Shown: piece by piece, positions 46,176 to 57,897 of the stretch | Layout of the letters: each line of letters opens with the position of its first letter | How positions within the stretch are numbered: position 1 is the first letter of the stretch | NCBI GenBank assembly: GCA_019828565.1 | Contig: JAHDYR010000007.1 | Coordinates: 169,600-233,599, forward strand | Direction of reading: 5' to 3' | Source of the DNA: Carpediemonas membranifera BICM | Lineage: Eukaryota > Protista > Fornicata | DNA: 64,000 nucleotides | Position numbers and translations under genes: made by a program | The notes under the pieces: model-generated | The model's input: the letters and a program-made list of their open reading frames with translations, nothing else | Told to the model about the DNA's origin: nothing | The model's database searches: none

Positions 46176-49100
46176 TGAAGTTTGCCAAAAGCGCAATCCA
46201 GGACGCTTTAGCTTCAGGAGGCGTTGTAAGCACCCTTCAAGAGCCGTCAGACGCGATTTTCGCGTTCCTCCGTGCGACTTTGCTTCGATATGTGCCGCCG
46301 TCGCTAATGCGGGAACATGCGTCGACAAGACAGCGTTTCAAACGAGCATTGTGCTCGAAGAACGTTATCTCGATGCTATTTACTGCTGATGCCAGCGCTA
46401 AGAGCAAGCGTTTCAACGTCGCCGTCGCGAACGAAATCGTGTACTTCCTGTCGCCGCTATTCAACGCTCATCCTGTCCTGTTCGACAAAAAGGACTCCAT
46501 TGACCGGATATCCGCTGGTCTGGAGCGCATCTGCCTTCACGTTGAACAGATGAAGCTTTCTCCGACATCTCTTCGTCTCCTTATTCTCAAGCTCGACACG
46601 CGAGTGCTGCTGGACTCCTCTGGCACACAGAGCGTTCTTCATGAGAGTAAAAGAGACGATTTGATCGACGAGTTGCTTTCCATGGGGTGCCCAATCAACA
46701 CAATGGGCCTCCTGCCGTCGGATAGTCCGACTGATGTCAGCGGAACTCAGGCCGAACCGGTTAGTGTGCCTCAGGAGGCATCGTTGGCTGTGACGGACTC
46801 CCCATTCCCGCCGAGGAGGCCGAGTTCGAGTCTGCCTCGCCCAACCCGCCCCCGACGAGGTCATCCGCAGTGATTGTACTCCCCGGAGTCACCACGTGCA
46901 GGTAGCCAGACATCTGAGGCGGGTGGTGCCGTCGCCCTGGTCGACAGAGTTGTAGGTGTTGAGTCACCTTACGGCACCGGGGGCGAGGCCTCTAGTCAGG
47001 ATACCTCGGCACCCACGCAACCGAGCTCGAGCTCGGACAGCAGCCCTGCTGCTGTCATCAGGGCCACCTTTGACGAGTGGGTCCCCGACGCCATGCGCGC
47101 CGACCACTGGACCACTCCAGAGCAGGTGACGGCCACCCTGTGCGACCCAGCCCTCGTCCGGGCCCTTATGGACGAGTCCAACCGTGGGTCGGCCACGGGT
47201 CGATTCAGCCAGAGTCGGCTCCGGCAGCTCTGTGAGGCATTGAGGGGCTTTGTCCCCGAGACCGTCAGGTCGACACTGCCAGTCCTGCCCAACGGCGGTA
47301 GGATCTTCACCAAGCTGCCCCCGGTGGTTGCCAAGATCGCCCAGGCCTGCTTCGGGTCAGTCCCGCAGCCGGCGCCCCGGGTGACCTGGGTACCTGATGG
47401 GGCCGCACGCCAGCGCAGTGTCCCCGAGCCGTTCTTGCCAGCTCACAGCGCCATGTTTGTGGGGAAGTTGCTCCCCACGAAGAGGGCCAGACTGGCATGG
47501 GCGAAGAGCTTTGTCGCGCTGCTCAATGAGTACGCCGCAGCCCCGGCCCACGGGAAGCCCGACGTTGTCCGCCGCATCTTGACCTTCGCGCAGGGTCTCT
47601 ATGCTCCTCCGGAGCGGACCACCGAGCAGCCCCGGCTGAAAGCCAGTGCGCGCGCACTCAGGTTGGGACAACGAGGCTTCTATTCTCGCGCCACGCAAGC
47701 TCTCTCCGCCGGAGAGTTCGCTGGGGATCGCGCGTGGGTGGAGGCCAGGCTCTGTGAGAGCCAGGTGCAGCCGTCTGGTAGTCGGCTGGCAGCAGTGTCG
47801 GGTCCCGCGTCCACACTGAACCACTGCCAAATGACTGTCCCTGCGGTGAAGAAGGCACTTAAGAGCCTCAACGCCGAGTCCGCACCGGGTCCTTCAGGCC
47901 TATCTTACCTTCATCTGAAGGCGATGGGCCGGGCCATCGGGTGGAATGAACTCGCCGCGGCTCTTGTGCCCCTGCTCGAGGATATGCTCGAGGGCGTCGC
48001 CTGCCTGGAGCCATTTTCCCACTGCATACTTGTGCTGATCCCGAAGAAGGATGGCAAGCCGCGCCCCGTCTCAATAGGCGACAGCCTTCGTCGTCTCGCA
48101 GCGAAGGTGGCAGTTCGTCAGGCTGCTGCCCGGCTGCGGGACGACAAGGCGTTGCCGGGTCAGTATGGCCTCGGCGAGAAGTGCGGGCTCGAGGAGCTAA
48201 CCAATCTTGTGAGGGAGCATCATCGTGGCGGTGGTCAGGTGATCGCTTTGGATCTTACCAACGCATATGGATGCATGAGTAGATCTCACCTTCGCGATGC
48301 GACAGCTGCATACAGCCCGTCGCTTTCCGAGTACCTCGAACTGATGTTGCTTAATCCAATGCTGTTCTCAGCAACCGGGATGGTCCTCAGATCACTCGAA
48401 GGAATTCCGCAAGGAGATCCTACGAGCCCGCTGCTGTTCAGTTGCGGCATGAAGCCCCTTTTGGACGATCTTCGGACCGAGTTTCCAAACTACGCATTTT
48501 ATGCCTATCAGGATGATGTCTACTGCCTGATGCCCAAGGACGCTACAGAGAGTGAGACGAACACGGTCATCATGACCGCGACGTCCAATTTCGCCAGAGT
48601 CGGGTTGAAGGTCAACGAGAAGAAGACTGTCATCGCCGGGCTGGGTCTAGTGGCCAGTGAATCCTCGCTTGCGCCGCGCGGCGAGGCTTTCAAGGTCCTG
48701 GGCACGCCGGTGGGGCCGGCTGCGTACGTCAAGGAGCAGGTCTGCAGGCAGTTCGAAGGCGTCAGCGAGCAGGCTGGACGCGTGAGCGACATGGTGGCAG
48801 ACGTAGGGCCCACGTCTATCATCGTCGCTAACAACATGACGCGTGCGTGCCTGCTGCCCAAACTGTCGCACCTCTACCGCAATGTGTGCCCGACGTCCGA
48901 CCTCGTCGGCGTTGGGCGTCGCTTTGAGGAGGAGACGCTCGTTCCATTGCTCTCCAACCTCGTTGGTGCCGATGCAGTGATTGGTACGCTCGAAAGAGCG
49001 GGCCTTAGCATCACGCAGGGAGGTCTTGGATGGGGATAACCGTCCATCGTGTGGCCGGCGGCATATCTCGGTGCCGTGAAGCAGCTCTTTGACCAAAACA

Positions 49101-50171
49101 TCTCACTGAACGTGCCCAATGAGGCATTTCAGGCGGTTGGTGCTGCTGGTGGTCCGCAGGACGTGGATGCCCTGAAGAAGTGGAAGACTTCGACTCCGCA
49201 GTTTGAACTGACGACGAAAGTGCGGGAGTTCAAGCAGAAGGAGCTTACGGCGAAGAGATCGTTTATTTCTGAGCCTTATGTGCGTGCAGTGTCCACATTG
49301 ACGCCGTTCGATCCCGTTCTTTCGGGTTCCGATTTGGCAACTGCAATTCTCCGCCTACACCTGTCTCTTGACCCCTACGTGATAGACAAAGCCAAACCAT
49401 GCCCCCTGTGCGGCAGATCTGTTGCGGATTGGTCTCATGGACTCTCTTGTGTTCGCCTCAAGGGCGGTGCCCGGATCGAGCGTCATAACGGCGTCAGAGA
49501 CGCCATCTACGACGTTTGCTCGGAGCAGTTCGTCCCCAAACGGCGCGAGGTTCCGCTGGATCACACCAGTATGGCCTACATGCCCAACGGGACGGGCCCG
49601 ACGGAGGTGAAGGCCGATCTGCTCATGCTAGCGGCAACGTCAGCTGATGGAACGCCCCTCCACGGCGATATGATCGTCGATGTGGTCGTCTCACAGTCGA
49701 TCAAGGATGGGATCCGTGACAAGGCCGCTCAGTACTCGAGGTTCGACTGCGAGCTCATCGCGGCCAGCTGTGACCTCGTTGGCAACACGAGAGCTGACCC
49801 CGAGGACCGCAAGTCGTGCTGGGTGTGGCGTCTGTGCGAGAGGCTCGGTCTGAGCGCGGAGGTCCGTCGGGACCTGCGCAGTCGGGTCGTCTTGGCTGTG
49901 TGGGCTGGGAACGCGGCGGTCATCCGTGACTACCGCGAGCAGTGCCGCGTGGCACAGCTCTAACTGTGGTGTGCCCTTCGCGTGTGAGAGAGGCGTCGTA
50001 GTCGAGCCAGTCGAGACATCCGAGATTTTTGCACATGTGCAAAATTTCGATTTCCCGAAAGCGACCCCGCCGAGGCTTACGACTCCGACTACATAACCCA
50101 CGAGCTCTACTAGGGACCCCCACCCTGCTGACCCTCTGCGCGCGGTAAGAACGTTCTTTCAGATGATTAAA
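46176..50171 (+). mobile_element. RLE-type (CRE-like) non-LTR retrotransposon, copy 1, in the tRNA-Ala target
   Basis: RT motifs SAPGPSG, PRPVSIG, LDLTNAY, QGDPTSP, YQDD, LGTPVG; CPLC..H..C, RHN, KADL..IVDV..K..QY; in-frame stops at 46871 and 49037. Confidence 0.93.
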
Positions 50172-50185
50172 GGGCGTGTAGCTCA

Positions 50186-53100
50186 TGAAGTTTGCCAAAA
50201 GCGCAATCCAGGACGCTTTAGCTTCCGGAGGCGTTGTAAGCACCCTTCAAGAGCCGTCAGACGCGATTTTCGCGTTCCTCCGTGCGACTTTGCTTCGATA
50301 TGTGCCGCCGTCGCTAATGCGGGAACATGCGTCGACAAGACAGCGTTTCAAACGAGCATTGTGCTCGAAGAACGTTATCTCGATGCTATTTACTGCTGAT
50401 GCCAGCGCTAAGAGCAAGCGTTTCAACGTCGCCGTCGCGAACGAAATCGTGTACTTCCTGTCGCCGCTATTCAACGCTCATCCTGTCCTGTTCGACAAAA
50501 AGGACTCCATTGACCGGATATCCGCTGGTCTGGAGCGCATCTGCCTTCACGTTGAACAGATGAAGCTTTCTCCGACATCTCTTCGTCTCCTTATTCTCAA
50601 GCTCGACACGCGAGTGCTGCTGGACTCCTCTGGCACACAGAGCGTTCTTCATGAGAGTAAAAGAGACGATTTGATCGACGAGTTGCTTTCCATGGGGTGC
50701 CCAATCAACACAATGGGCCTCCTGCCGTCGGATAGTCCGACTGATGCCAGCGGAACTCAGGCCGAACCGGTTAGTGTGCCCCAGGAGGCATCGTTGGCCG
50801 TGCCGGACTCCCCGCCGTCCGTTCCCGCCGAGTTGGCCGGGCCGGAGAATGCCTCGCCCAGCCCGTCTCAGACGAGGCCAGCCGCAGTGATTGTGCGCTC
50901 TCCGGAGCCACCACGTGCAGGTAGCCAGACATCTGAGGCGGGTGGTGCCGTTGCCCTGGTCGACAGAGTTGTAGGTGTTGAGTCACCTTACGGCACCGGG
51001 GGCGAGGCCTCTAGTCAGGATACCTCGGCACCCACGCAACCGAGCTCGAGCTCGGACAGCAGCCCTGCTGCTGTCATCAGGGCCACCTTTGACGAGTGGG
51101 TCCCCGACGCCATGCGCGCCGACCACTGGACCACTCCAGAGCAGGTGACGGCCACCCTGTGCGACCCAGCCCTCGTCCGGGCCCTTATGGACGAGTCCAA
51201 CCGTGGGTCGGCCACGGGTCGATTCAGCCAGAGTCGGCTCCGGCAGCTCTGTGAGGCATTGAGGGGCTTTGTCCCCGAGACCGTCAGGTCGACACTGCCA
51301 GTCCTGCCCAACGGCGGTAGGATCTTCACCAAGCTGCCCCCGGTGGTTGCCAAGATCGCCCAGGCCTGCTTCGGGTCAGTCCCGCAGCCGGCGCCCCGGG
51401 TGACCTGGGTACCTGATGGGGCCGCACGCCAGCGCAGTGTCCCCGAGCCGTTCTTGCCAGCTCACAGCGCCATGTTTGTGGGGAAGTTGCTCCCCACGAA
51501 GAGGGCCAGACTGGCATGGGCGAAGAGCTTTGTCGCGCTGCTCAATGAGTACGCCGCAGCCCCGGCCCACGGGAAGCCCGACGTTGTCCGCCGCATCTTG
51601 ACCTTCGCGCAGGGTCTCTATGCTCCTCCGGAGCGGACCACCGAGCAGCCCCGGCTGAAAGCCAGTGCGCGCGCACTCAGGTTGGGACAACGAGGCTTCT
51701 ATTCTCGCGCCACGCAAGCTCTCTCCGCCGGAGAGTTCGCTGGGGATCGCGCGTGGGTGGAGGCCAGGCTCTGTGAGAGCCAGGTGCAGCCGTCTGGTAG
51801 TCGGCTGGCAGCAGTGTCGGGTCCCGCGTCCACACTGAACCACTGCCAAATGACTGTCCCTGCGGTGAAGAAGGCACTTAAGAGCCTCAACGCCGAGTCC
51901 GCACCGGGTCCTTCAGGCCTATCTTACCTTCATCTGAAGGCGATGGGCCGGGCCATCGGGTGGAATGAACTCGCCGCGGCTCTTGTGCCCCTGCTCGAGG
52001 ATATGCTCGAGGGCGTCGCCTGCCTGGAGCCATTTTCCCACTGCATCCTTGTGCCGATCCCGAAGAAGGATGGCAAGCCGCGCCCCGTCTCAATAGGCGA
52101 CAGCCTTCGTCGTCTCGCAGCGAAGGTGGCAGTTCGTCAGGCTGCTGCCCGGCTGCGGGACGACAAGGCGTTGCCGGGTCAGTATGGCCTCGGCGAGAAG
52201 TGCGGGCTCGAGGAGCTAACCAATCTTGTGAGGGAGCATCATCGTGGCGGCGGTCAGGTGATCGCTTTGGATCTTACCAACGCATATGGATGCATGAGTA
52301 GATCTCACCTTCGCGATGCGACAGCTGCATACTGCCCGTCGCTTTCCGAGTACCTCGAACTGATGTTGCTTAATCCAATGCTGTTCTCAGCAACCGGGAT
52401 GGTCCTCAGATCACTCGAAGGAATTCCGCAAGGGGATCCTACGAGCCCGCTGCTGTTCAGTTGCGGCATGAAGCCCCTTTTGGACGATCTTCGGACCGAG
52501 TTTCCAAACTACGCATTTTATGCCTATCAGGATGATGTCTACTGCCTGATGCCCAAGGACGCTACAGAGAGTGAGACGAACACGGTCATCATGACCGCGA
52601 CGTCCAATTTCGCCAGAGTCGGGTTGAAGGTCAACGAGAAGAAGACTGTCATCGCCGGGCTGGGTCTAGTGGCCAGTGAATCCTCGCTTGCGCCGCGCGG
52701 CGAGGCTTTCAAGGTCCTGGGCACGCCGGTGGGGCCGGCTGCGTACGTCAAGGAGCAGGTCTGCAGGCAGTTCGAAGGCGTCAGCGAGCAGGCTGGACGC
52801 GTGAGCGACATGGTGGCAGACGTAGGGCCCACGTCTATCATCGTCGCTAACAACATGACGCGTGCGTGCCTGCTGCCCAAACTGTCGCACCTCTACCGCA
52901 ATGTGTGCCCGACGTCCGACCTCGTCGGCGTTGGGCGTCGCTTTCTGAGGAGGAGACGCTCGTTCCATTGCTCTCCAACCTCGTTGGTGCCGATGCAGTG
53001 ATTGGTACGCTCGAAAGAGCGGGCCTTAGCATCACGCAGGGAGGTCTTGGATGGGGAATTCCGTCCATCGTGTGGCCGGCGGCATATCTCGGTGCCGTGA

Positions 53101-54192
53101 AGCAGCTCTTTGACCAAAACATCTCACTGAACGTGCCCAATGAGGCATTTCAGGCGGTTGGTGCTGCTGGTGGTCCGCAGGACGTGGATGCCCTGAAGAA
53201 GTGGAAGACTTCGACTCCGCAGTTTGAACTGACGACGAAAGTGCGGGAGTTCAAGCAGAAGGAGCTTACGGCGAAGAGATCGTTTATTTCTGAGCCTTAT
53301 GTGCGTGCAGTGTCCACATTGACGCCGTTCGATCCCGTTCTTTCGGGTTCCGATTTGGCAACTGCAATTCTCCGCCTACACCTGTCTCTTGACCCCTACG
53401 TGATAGACAAAGCCAAACCATGCCCCCTGTGCGGCAGATCTGTTGCGGATTGGTCTCATGGACTCTCTTGTGTTCGCCTCAAGGGCGGTGCCCGGATCGA
53501 GCGTCATAACGGCGTCAGAGACGCCATCTACGACGTTTGCTCGGAGCAGTTCGTCCCCAAACGGCGCGAGGTTCCGCTGGATCACACCAGTATGGCCTAC
53601 ATGCCCAACGGGACGGGCCCGACGGAGGTGAAGGCCGATCTGCTCATGCTAGCGGCAACGTCAGCTGATGGAACGCCCCTCCACGGCGATATGATCGTCG
53701 ATGTGGTCGTCTCACAGTCGATCAAGGATGGGATCCGTGACAAGGCCGCTCAGTACTCGAGGTTCGACTGCGAGCTCATCGCGGCCAGCTGTGACCTCGT
53801 TGGCAACACGAGAGCTGACCCCGAGGACCGCAAGTCGTGCTGGGTGTGGCGTCTGTGCGAGAGGCTCGGTCTGAGCGCGGAGGTCCGTCGGGACCTGCGC
53901 AGTCGGGTCGTCTTGGCTGTGTGGGCTGGGAACGCGGCGGTCATCCGTGACTACCGCGAGCAGTGCCGCGTGGCACAGCTCTAACTGTGGTGTGCCCTTC
54001 GCGTGTGAGAGAGGCGTCGTAGTCGAGCCAGTCGAGACATCCGAGATTTTTGCACATGTGCAAAATTTCGATTTCCCGAAAGCGACCCCGCCGAGGCTTA
54101 CGACTCCGACTACATAACCCACGAGCTCTACTAGGGACCCCCACCCTGCTGACCCTCTGCGCGCGGTAAGAACGTTCTTTCTGATGATTAAA
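50186..54192 (+). mobile_element. RLE-type non-LTR retrotransposon, copy 2
   Basis: Near-identical to copy 1. ORF 50185..53984 has one 2-nt insertion at ~52945; corrected length 1265 aa. Confidence 0.93.
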
Positions 54193-54265
54193 GGGCGTGT
54201 AGCTCAGTTGGTAGAGCGCGTGCTTAGCATGCACGAGGCCCTGGGTTCAAATCCCAGCTCGTCCA
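54193..54265 (+). tRNA. tRNA-Ala(AGC)
   Basis: 73-nt cloverleaf with a G3:U70 pair, anticodon arm CGTGC-TTAGCAT-GCACG (AGC at 54226-54228), T arm CTGGG-TTCAAAT-CCCAG, discriminator A, and TTTT at 54268-54271. Confidence 0.96.
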
Positions 54266-54283
54266 CATTTTGCCAGCGCCTAA

Positions 54284-57200
54284 CGCTAGACTAGGCTAGC
54301 CACCTAACTCATACTTCCACAAAGTGTGGCTCTATAACAGAGAGCCCTCCTCTTAAATCCAACCAAAATGGGACAATCCCGCAAGACGTCCCTGTGGGAC
54401 TAAAGCTTTGGGCCGGCGAGTCTATCTCGCCTCGACCGTTCCCCTCGAACGCGGATGTTTAATGGAGGGGGTGGTTAAAAGTGGGGCCCGAGAAGGCTGA
54501 GGTTCATCCTCCTGGTGAGGTCCTCGTTTGTTCTGATGGCGTCAGCGACATAGCTGCGGAGGGAGGTGACGTCCTTCCATGTGCCCATTGAGAGGATCAC
54601 CTCCAGCGGGACTCCTGATAGAGCCATCTCCGACGCTGCCCCCTTACGGAAGCTGTGGAGACCCGTCCGTGGACCGAACAACGCCTTCACGACTCGTCGG
54701 AGGTGTGCGGCTGTGAGCGGTTTGTCTCTGCTCAGGCGCCCGTTGATTATGACTCGCCAGATGGGGGTGTCATCAGCCAGGTAGTGTGTGCCCTCGACCC
54801 AGCGTCTAAGTGCCAAGGCCGGGTTGAAGGCGGCTGATAGCCATACGTATGGTACGCGCTTCTTAACTCCCGTTAGGATGGTCTTGGTCCGCTGAATGTG
54901 TAGGAGAATGTCGCCGTTCTTGAGTAGCTCCAGGTCGGCCGGGCATAGGGAGAGTATCTCGATGCCTCTGGACACCGTCAGATAGGCGACTGCCCCAAAG
55001 AGACATGCCTGATATGACTCAAAGTCGTCACTCCGGCGCCCCAGTGCCTCGATCATCTCAGCCTTGGTGATGGCGCGCGAGCCGCCGGTAGTTCCCGCCG
55101 TGCTGGCGCCCTTAGCCGCCTGCTTAACGATGTACTTGGAGTTGGCGGGCGGATGCCAGTCTTTGAGGAACTCCTGTAGCTGAACAATCCAGTAGCCCTT
55201 CCTCGCCACGTTCGATGGCCCGCAGAAGGAGCCTTCGTCCTTGAGGAAGGCTACAAGCTGGTCTCGATCCGACAGGCTGCGATCGCGAGAGCCTTCGAAC
55301 CTGGCCACCCAGCCGGCCACCGTCCGAGCAGACGCGTGATTAAGGTGAATCACTCTGTCCGACCTGAGGACTCTGTGGAAAACGTCCTGAACGCCATCAC
55401 ATTGAACCGTAGGCGTCCTCTGTCCTGTAGGTGAAGTAGGTGGGCCAGATCTGAGCTCGAAGCCGGGACGGAGAGACGGAGTTTCCAGGACGTCCAACTC
55501 TTGAGGAGTCTCATCTCCGGCGCTTGAACCTCTGGGTAGAGGAGAAAGACTGCTGAGGTCCAAGACCTCGGGTGTCCAGTCTGAGTCTGAACTCTCGCTG
55601 TCGCTATCTTCTGGACTATGGCTGCCATAGACGAATTGGGGGCCCAGAGGACGCGACATCCAAGCCTTACGTCTACGTCCGCTGAGACTGTCTGGACTGG
55701 ACCCCACTCCGCGAGGACAGATTCCATGCTGGACTCCAGAGAGGAAGGGAGTCGTGAGAAGCCTCTGGACAGCCGATCTGCTGCCAGGTTGATGATGCCC
55801 GGAGTGTGTAGTCCACGGAGTGTCAGGTTCCGGTCCTCCGCCTCCTTCTGGATCTGGGCTAGAATGTGCAGGGCCTGAGGTGGAGCCTTCGTAGACCCCG
55901 CCTTGTTGAGCCAGGCCAGAGCTGATGTGTTGTCTGAGAAGATCGATAGCTCGCGTTGGGAACTCTGTCTGCCGATCAGACGGATGCCCTGTAGGATTCC
56001 CGCGAGCTCCTTCACGTTGATAGATTCTGCTCTTAGTTCTGGAGTGAACGTGCCCGAGGCTGAGGTCCCATACTCGCCGTGCACGGCTGCTCCCCACTTG
56101 ACTCCAGATGCGTCTGTCGATACGACGAGGTCTAAGGAGGGGTGAGCGCCCCAAAGCGACTGAAGTTCTCTGATGTCTCGGACTGGGCGCTCTCTTAGCA
56201 GTAGCAGCCACTCTTGCAGTAGCTCCTTGGAGAGTGGGTCCTGTTGAAGGTGTCTCAGCCGGAGGAAAGCCCCGTGGGCGGTTGTAGCGAAGTAAGTCAG
56301 TCTCCCGAGGATCTTGGCCCAAGTCTCCTGATCGATGGTCTTGCCTGCCAGAGCCTGATGAATGTGAGAGGAGTAACGTTTGGCCTTGTCCGCCGGGAGG
56401 CGTATTGTAAAACTCGCGGAGTCTATCACGAGCCCCAGATAGACCAATGACTGAGTCGGTGCCCATTCTGACTTCTCCTCTGAGGTGAGGACACAGAGGT
56501 CGGCTAGAGTCCGCCTGATGCGCGGCACCGCCCTCCTCAGGATTTCTCGGTCGCGGTGAAATAAGAGGAAGTCGTCGAGGTAGACAACGATGGTAAGACC
56601 CGTCCGAAGGGCTAGTATCTTGGCGAGTTGGTTGGTGATCGTCTGAAACACGAACGGCGATGCGCGCCAGCCGAAGCCTAGCACTCTGTACTGAAACGCT
56701 CGTCCGTCTGGAAGATAGACTCCTAGCAGCTTGCGGTCCTCCTTCCGTACTGGTACTTGATGGTACCCGGACTTGAGGTCGAACTTGACCATCCAGTCGC
56801 CCCTCTGGAGAAGGGAGAGAGCTCTGCGCAGACCGTAGAGCCGGAAGGATGAGCGCTCTGCCGAGCAGTCGTTCAGTATCGTGAGGTTGTGAATGATCCT
56901 CTTCGACTCGCCCTTCGGCACAGTAAACAGCGAGGCGGTGTGTCGCAGGGAAGAGGGATTCACTTGCTCTATGACGCCTGTCTCTATCAAGGAAGGAATC
57001 TGCTGGACAATGAATGGGTCGACTGTCGGCTGTTGCCTTGGTGCTGGTGGTTGACTTCTCAGACGGATCTCGACCCCGTATCGTAACCAGTTGATCACCC
57101 GTTGTGATGCTCCCAACCTCTGCCACTCCCTCCACGCCGCGTTCATGCATGGAAAGAGGGTTAGGTGTGGGCTCTCTTGCCGGAGGATCCTGTCTGAGTG

Positions 57201-57865
57201 CGACCTCGGTCCTGAGCGCGGCCACCGCGGCGAAAATTAGCGTCGCGCTTATCGCCCTTAGACTTGGCGCGGGCCGCCAGTTCCAGGACCTCGTCGCGAT
57301 CAGGCACGCCCTTCGCCTTGCAATAGTTCTCGAACCGCTCTGCAGTAGCGTCAGTGTACACGTCCTTGATTAGAAGGTACTGGATTCTTGCAAAGAGAAT
57401 GTTCCCGATCTCCTTCATCTTTGCGCCGTTCTCGATCCTATTCATGGTCTTGTATACGAATCTGGCCTCATCTTCGAGGCCGAACCTCTTTGGCATCTCC
57501 AGGAACAGTGGACGGCGAGCTGCTTCTGCTTGCTGCTCCAAAATTGCTTCCGATTGTATCTTAACCAAGCGCTCCAGCTTCTCGATACGCTTGTTAAGCT
57601 CATCGGGACTGTCTTGCGGCGGCAGGTCTTCGTTATCAGACATCCTGCCGATGCGTTTCGAAGTGTGACCTAAAGTGCACATTGATCGGCGCGCGCAGGT
57701 GCCAGTGATGGTCCTGTGACAGGAGTAAAGGATTTATTCTTCTCGGGCTCCTTTAGGCCCGATGTGCCTTCGGGCATTCGAAATTCTGATGCCATAAACT
57801 GCACGTTTCCGTGCGCCCTCTCGGGCGTCTCAGCACCCCGGGTGCCAATGGGCTCGAGTGGTGCT
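54284..57865 (-). mobile_element. DIRS-like element E with open ORFs: gag 57161..57643, RT-RH 55350..57146, overlapping YR ORF ending at 54475
   Basis: DLKSGYHQ, YLDD, STDAS, INVKEL, ADRLSR; YR motifs VSRGIE, LHSFRKG, GTW..LRSY. Confidence 0.9.
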
Positions 57866-57897
57866 CGCTAGACTAGGCTAGCCACCTAACTCATACT
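57866..57897. repeat. 32-bp direct repeat (other copy 54284-54315)
   Basis: CGCTAGACTAGGCTAGCCACCTAACTCATACT is identical at both sites. Confidence 0.92.

Noticed and set aside
24073-49039. Stop-codon reassignment explaining in-frame stops (TAG 24073, TGA 36459, TGA 46871, TAA 49037)
   Set aside because: All three stop types occur sporadically, the paralogous RLE copy has sense codons at its two sites, and long ORFs end normally.
29606-57225. Long N-terminal parts of ORFs 29606..31462, 33214..35148 and 54475..57225 as novel genes
   Set aside because: These are the YR reading frames overlapping RT/RH, which is typical of DIRS-like elements; only the C-terminal YR parts have recognisable motifs.
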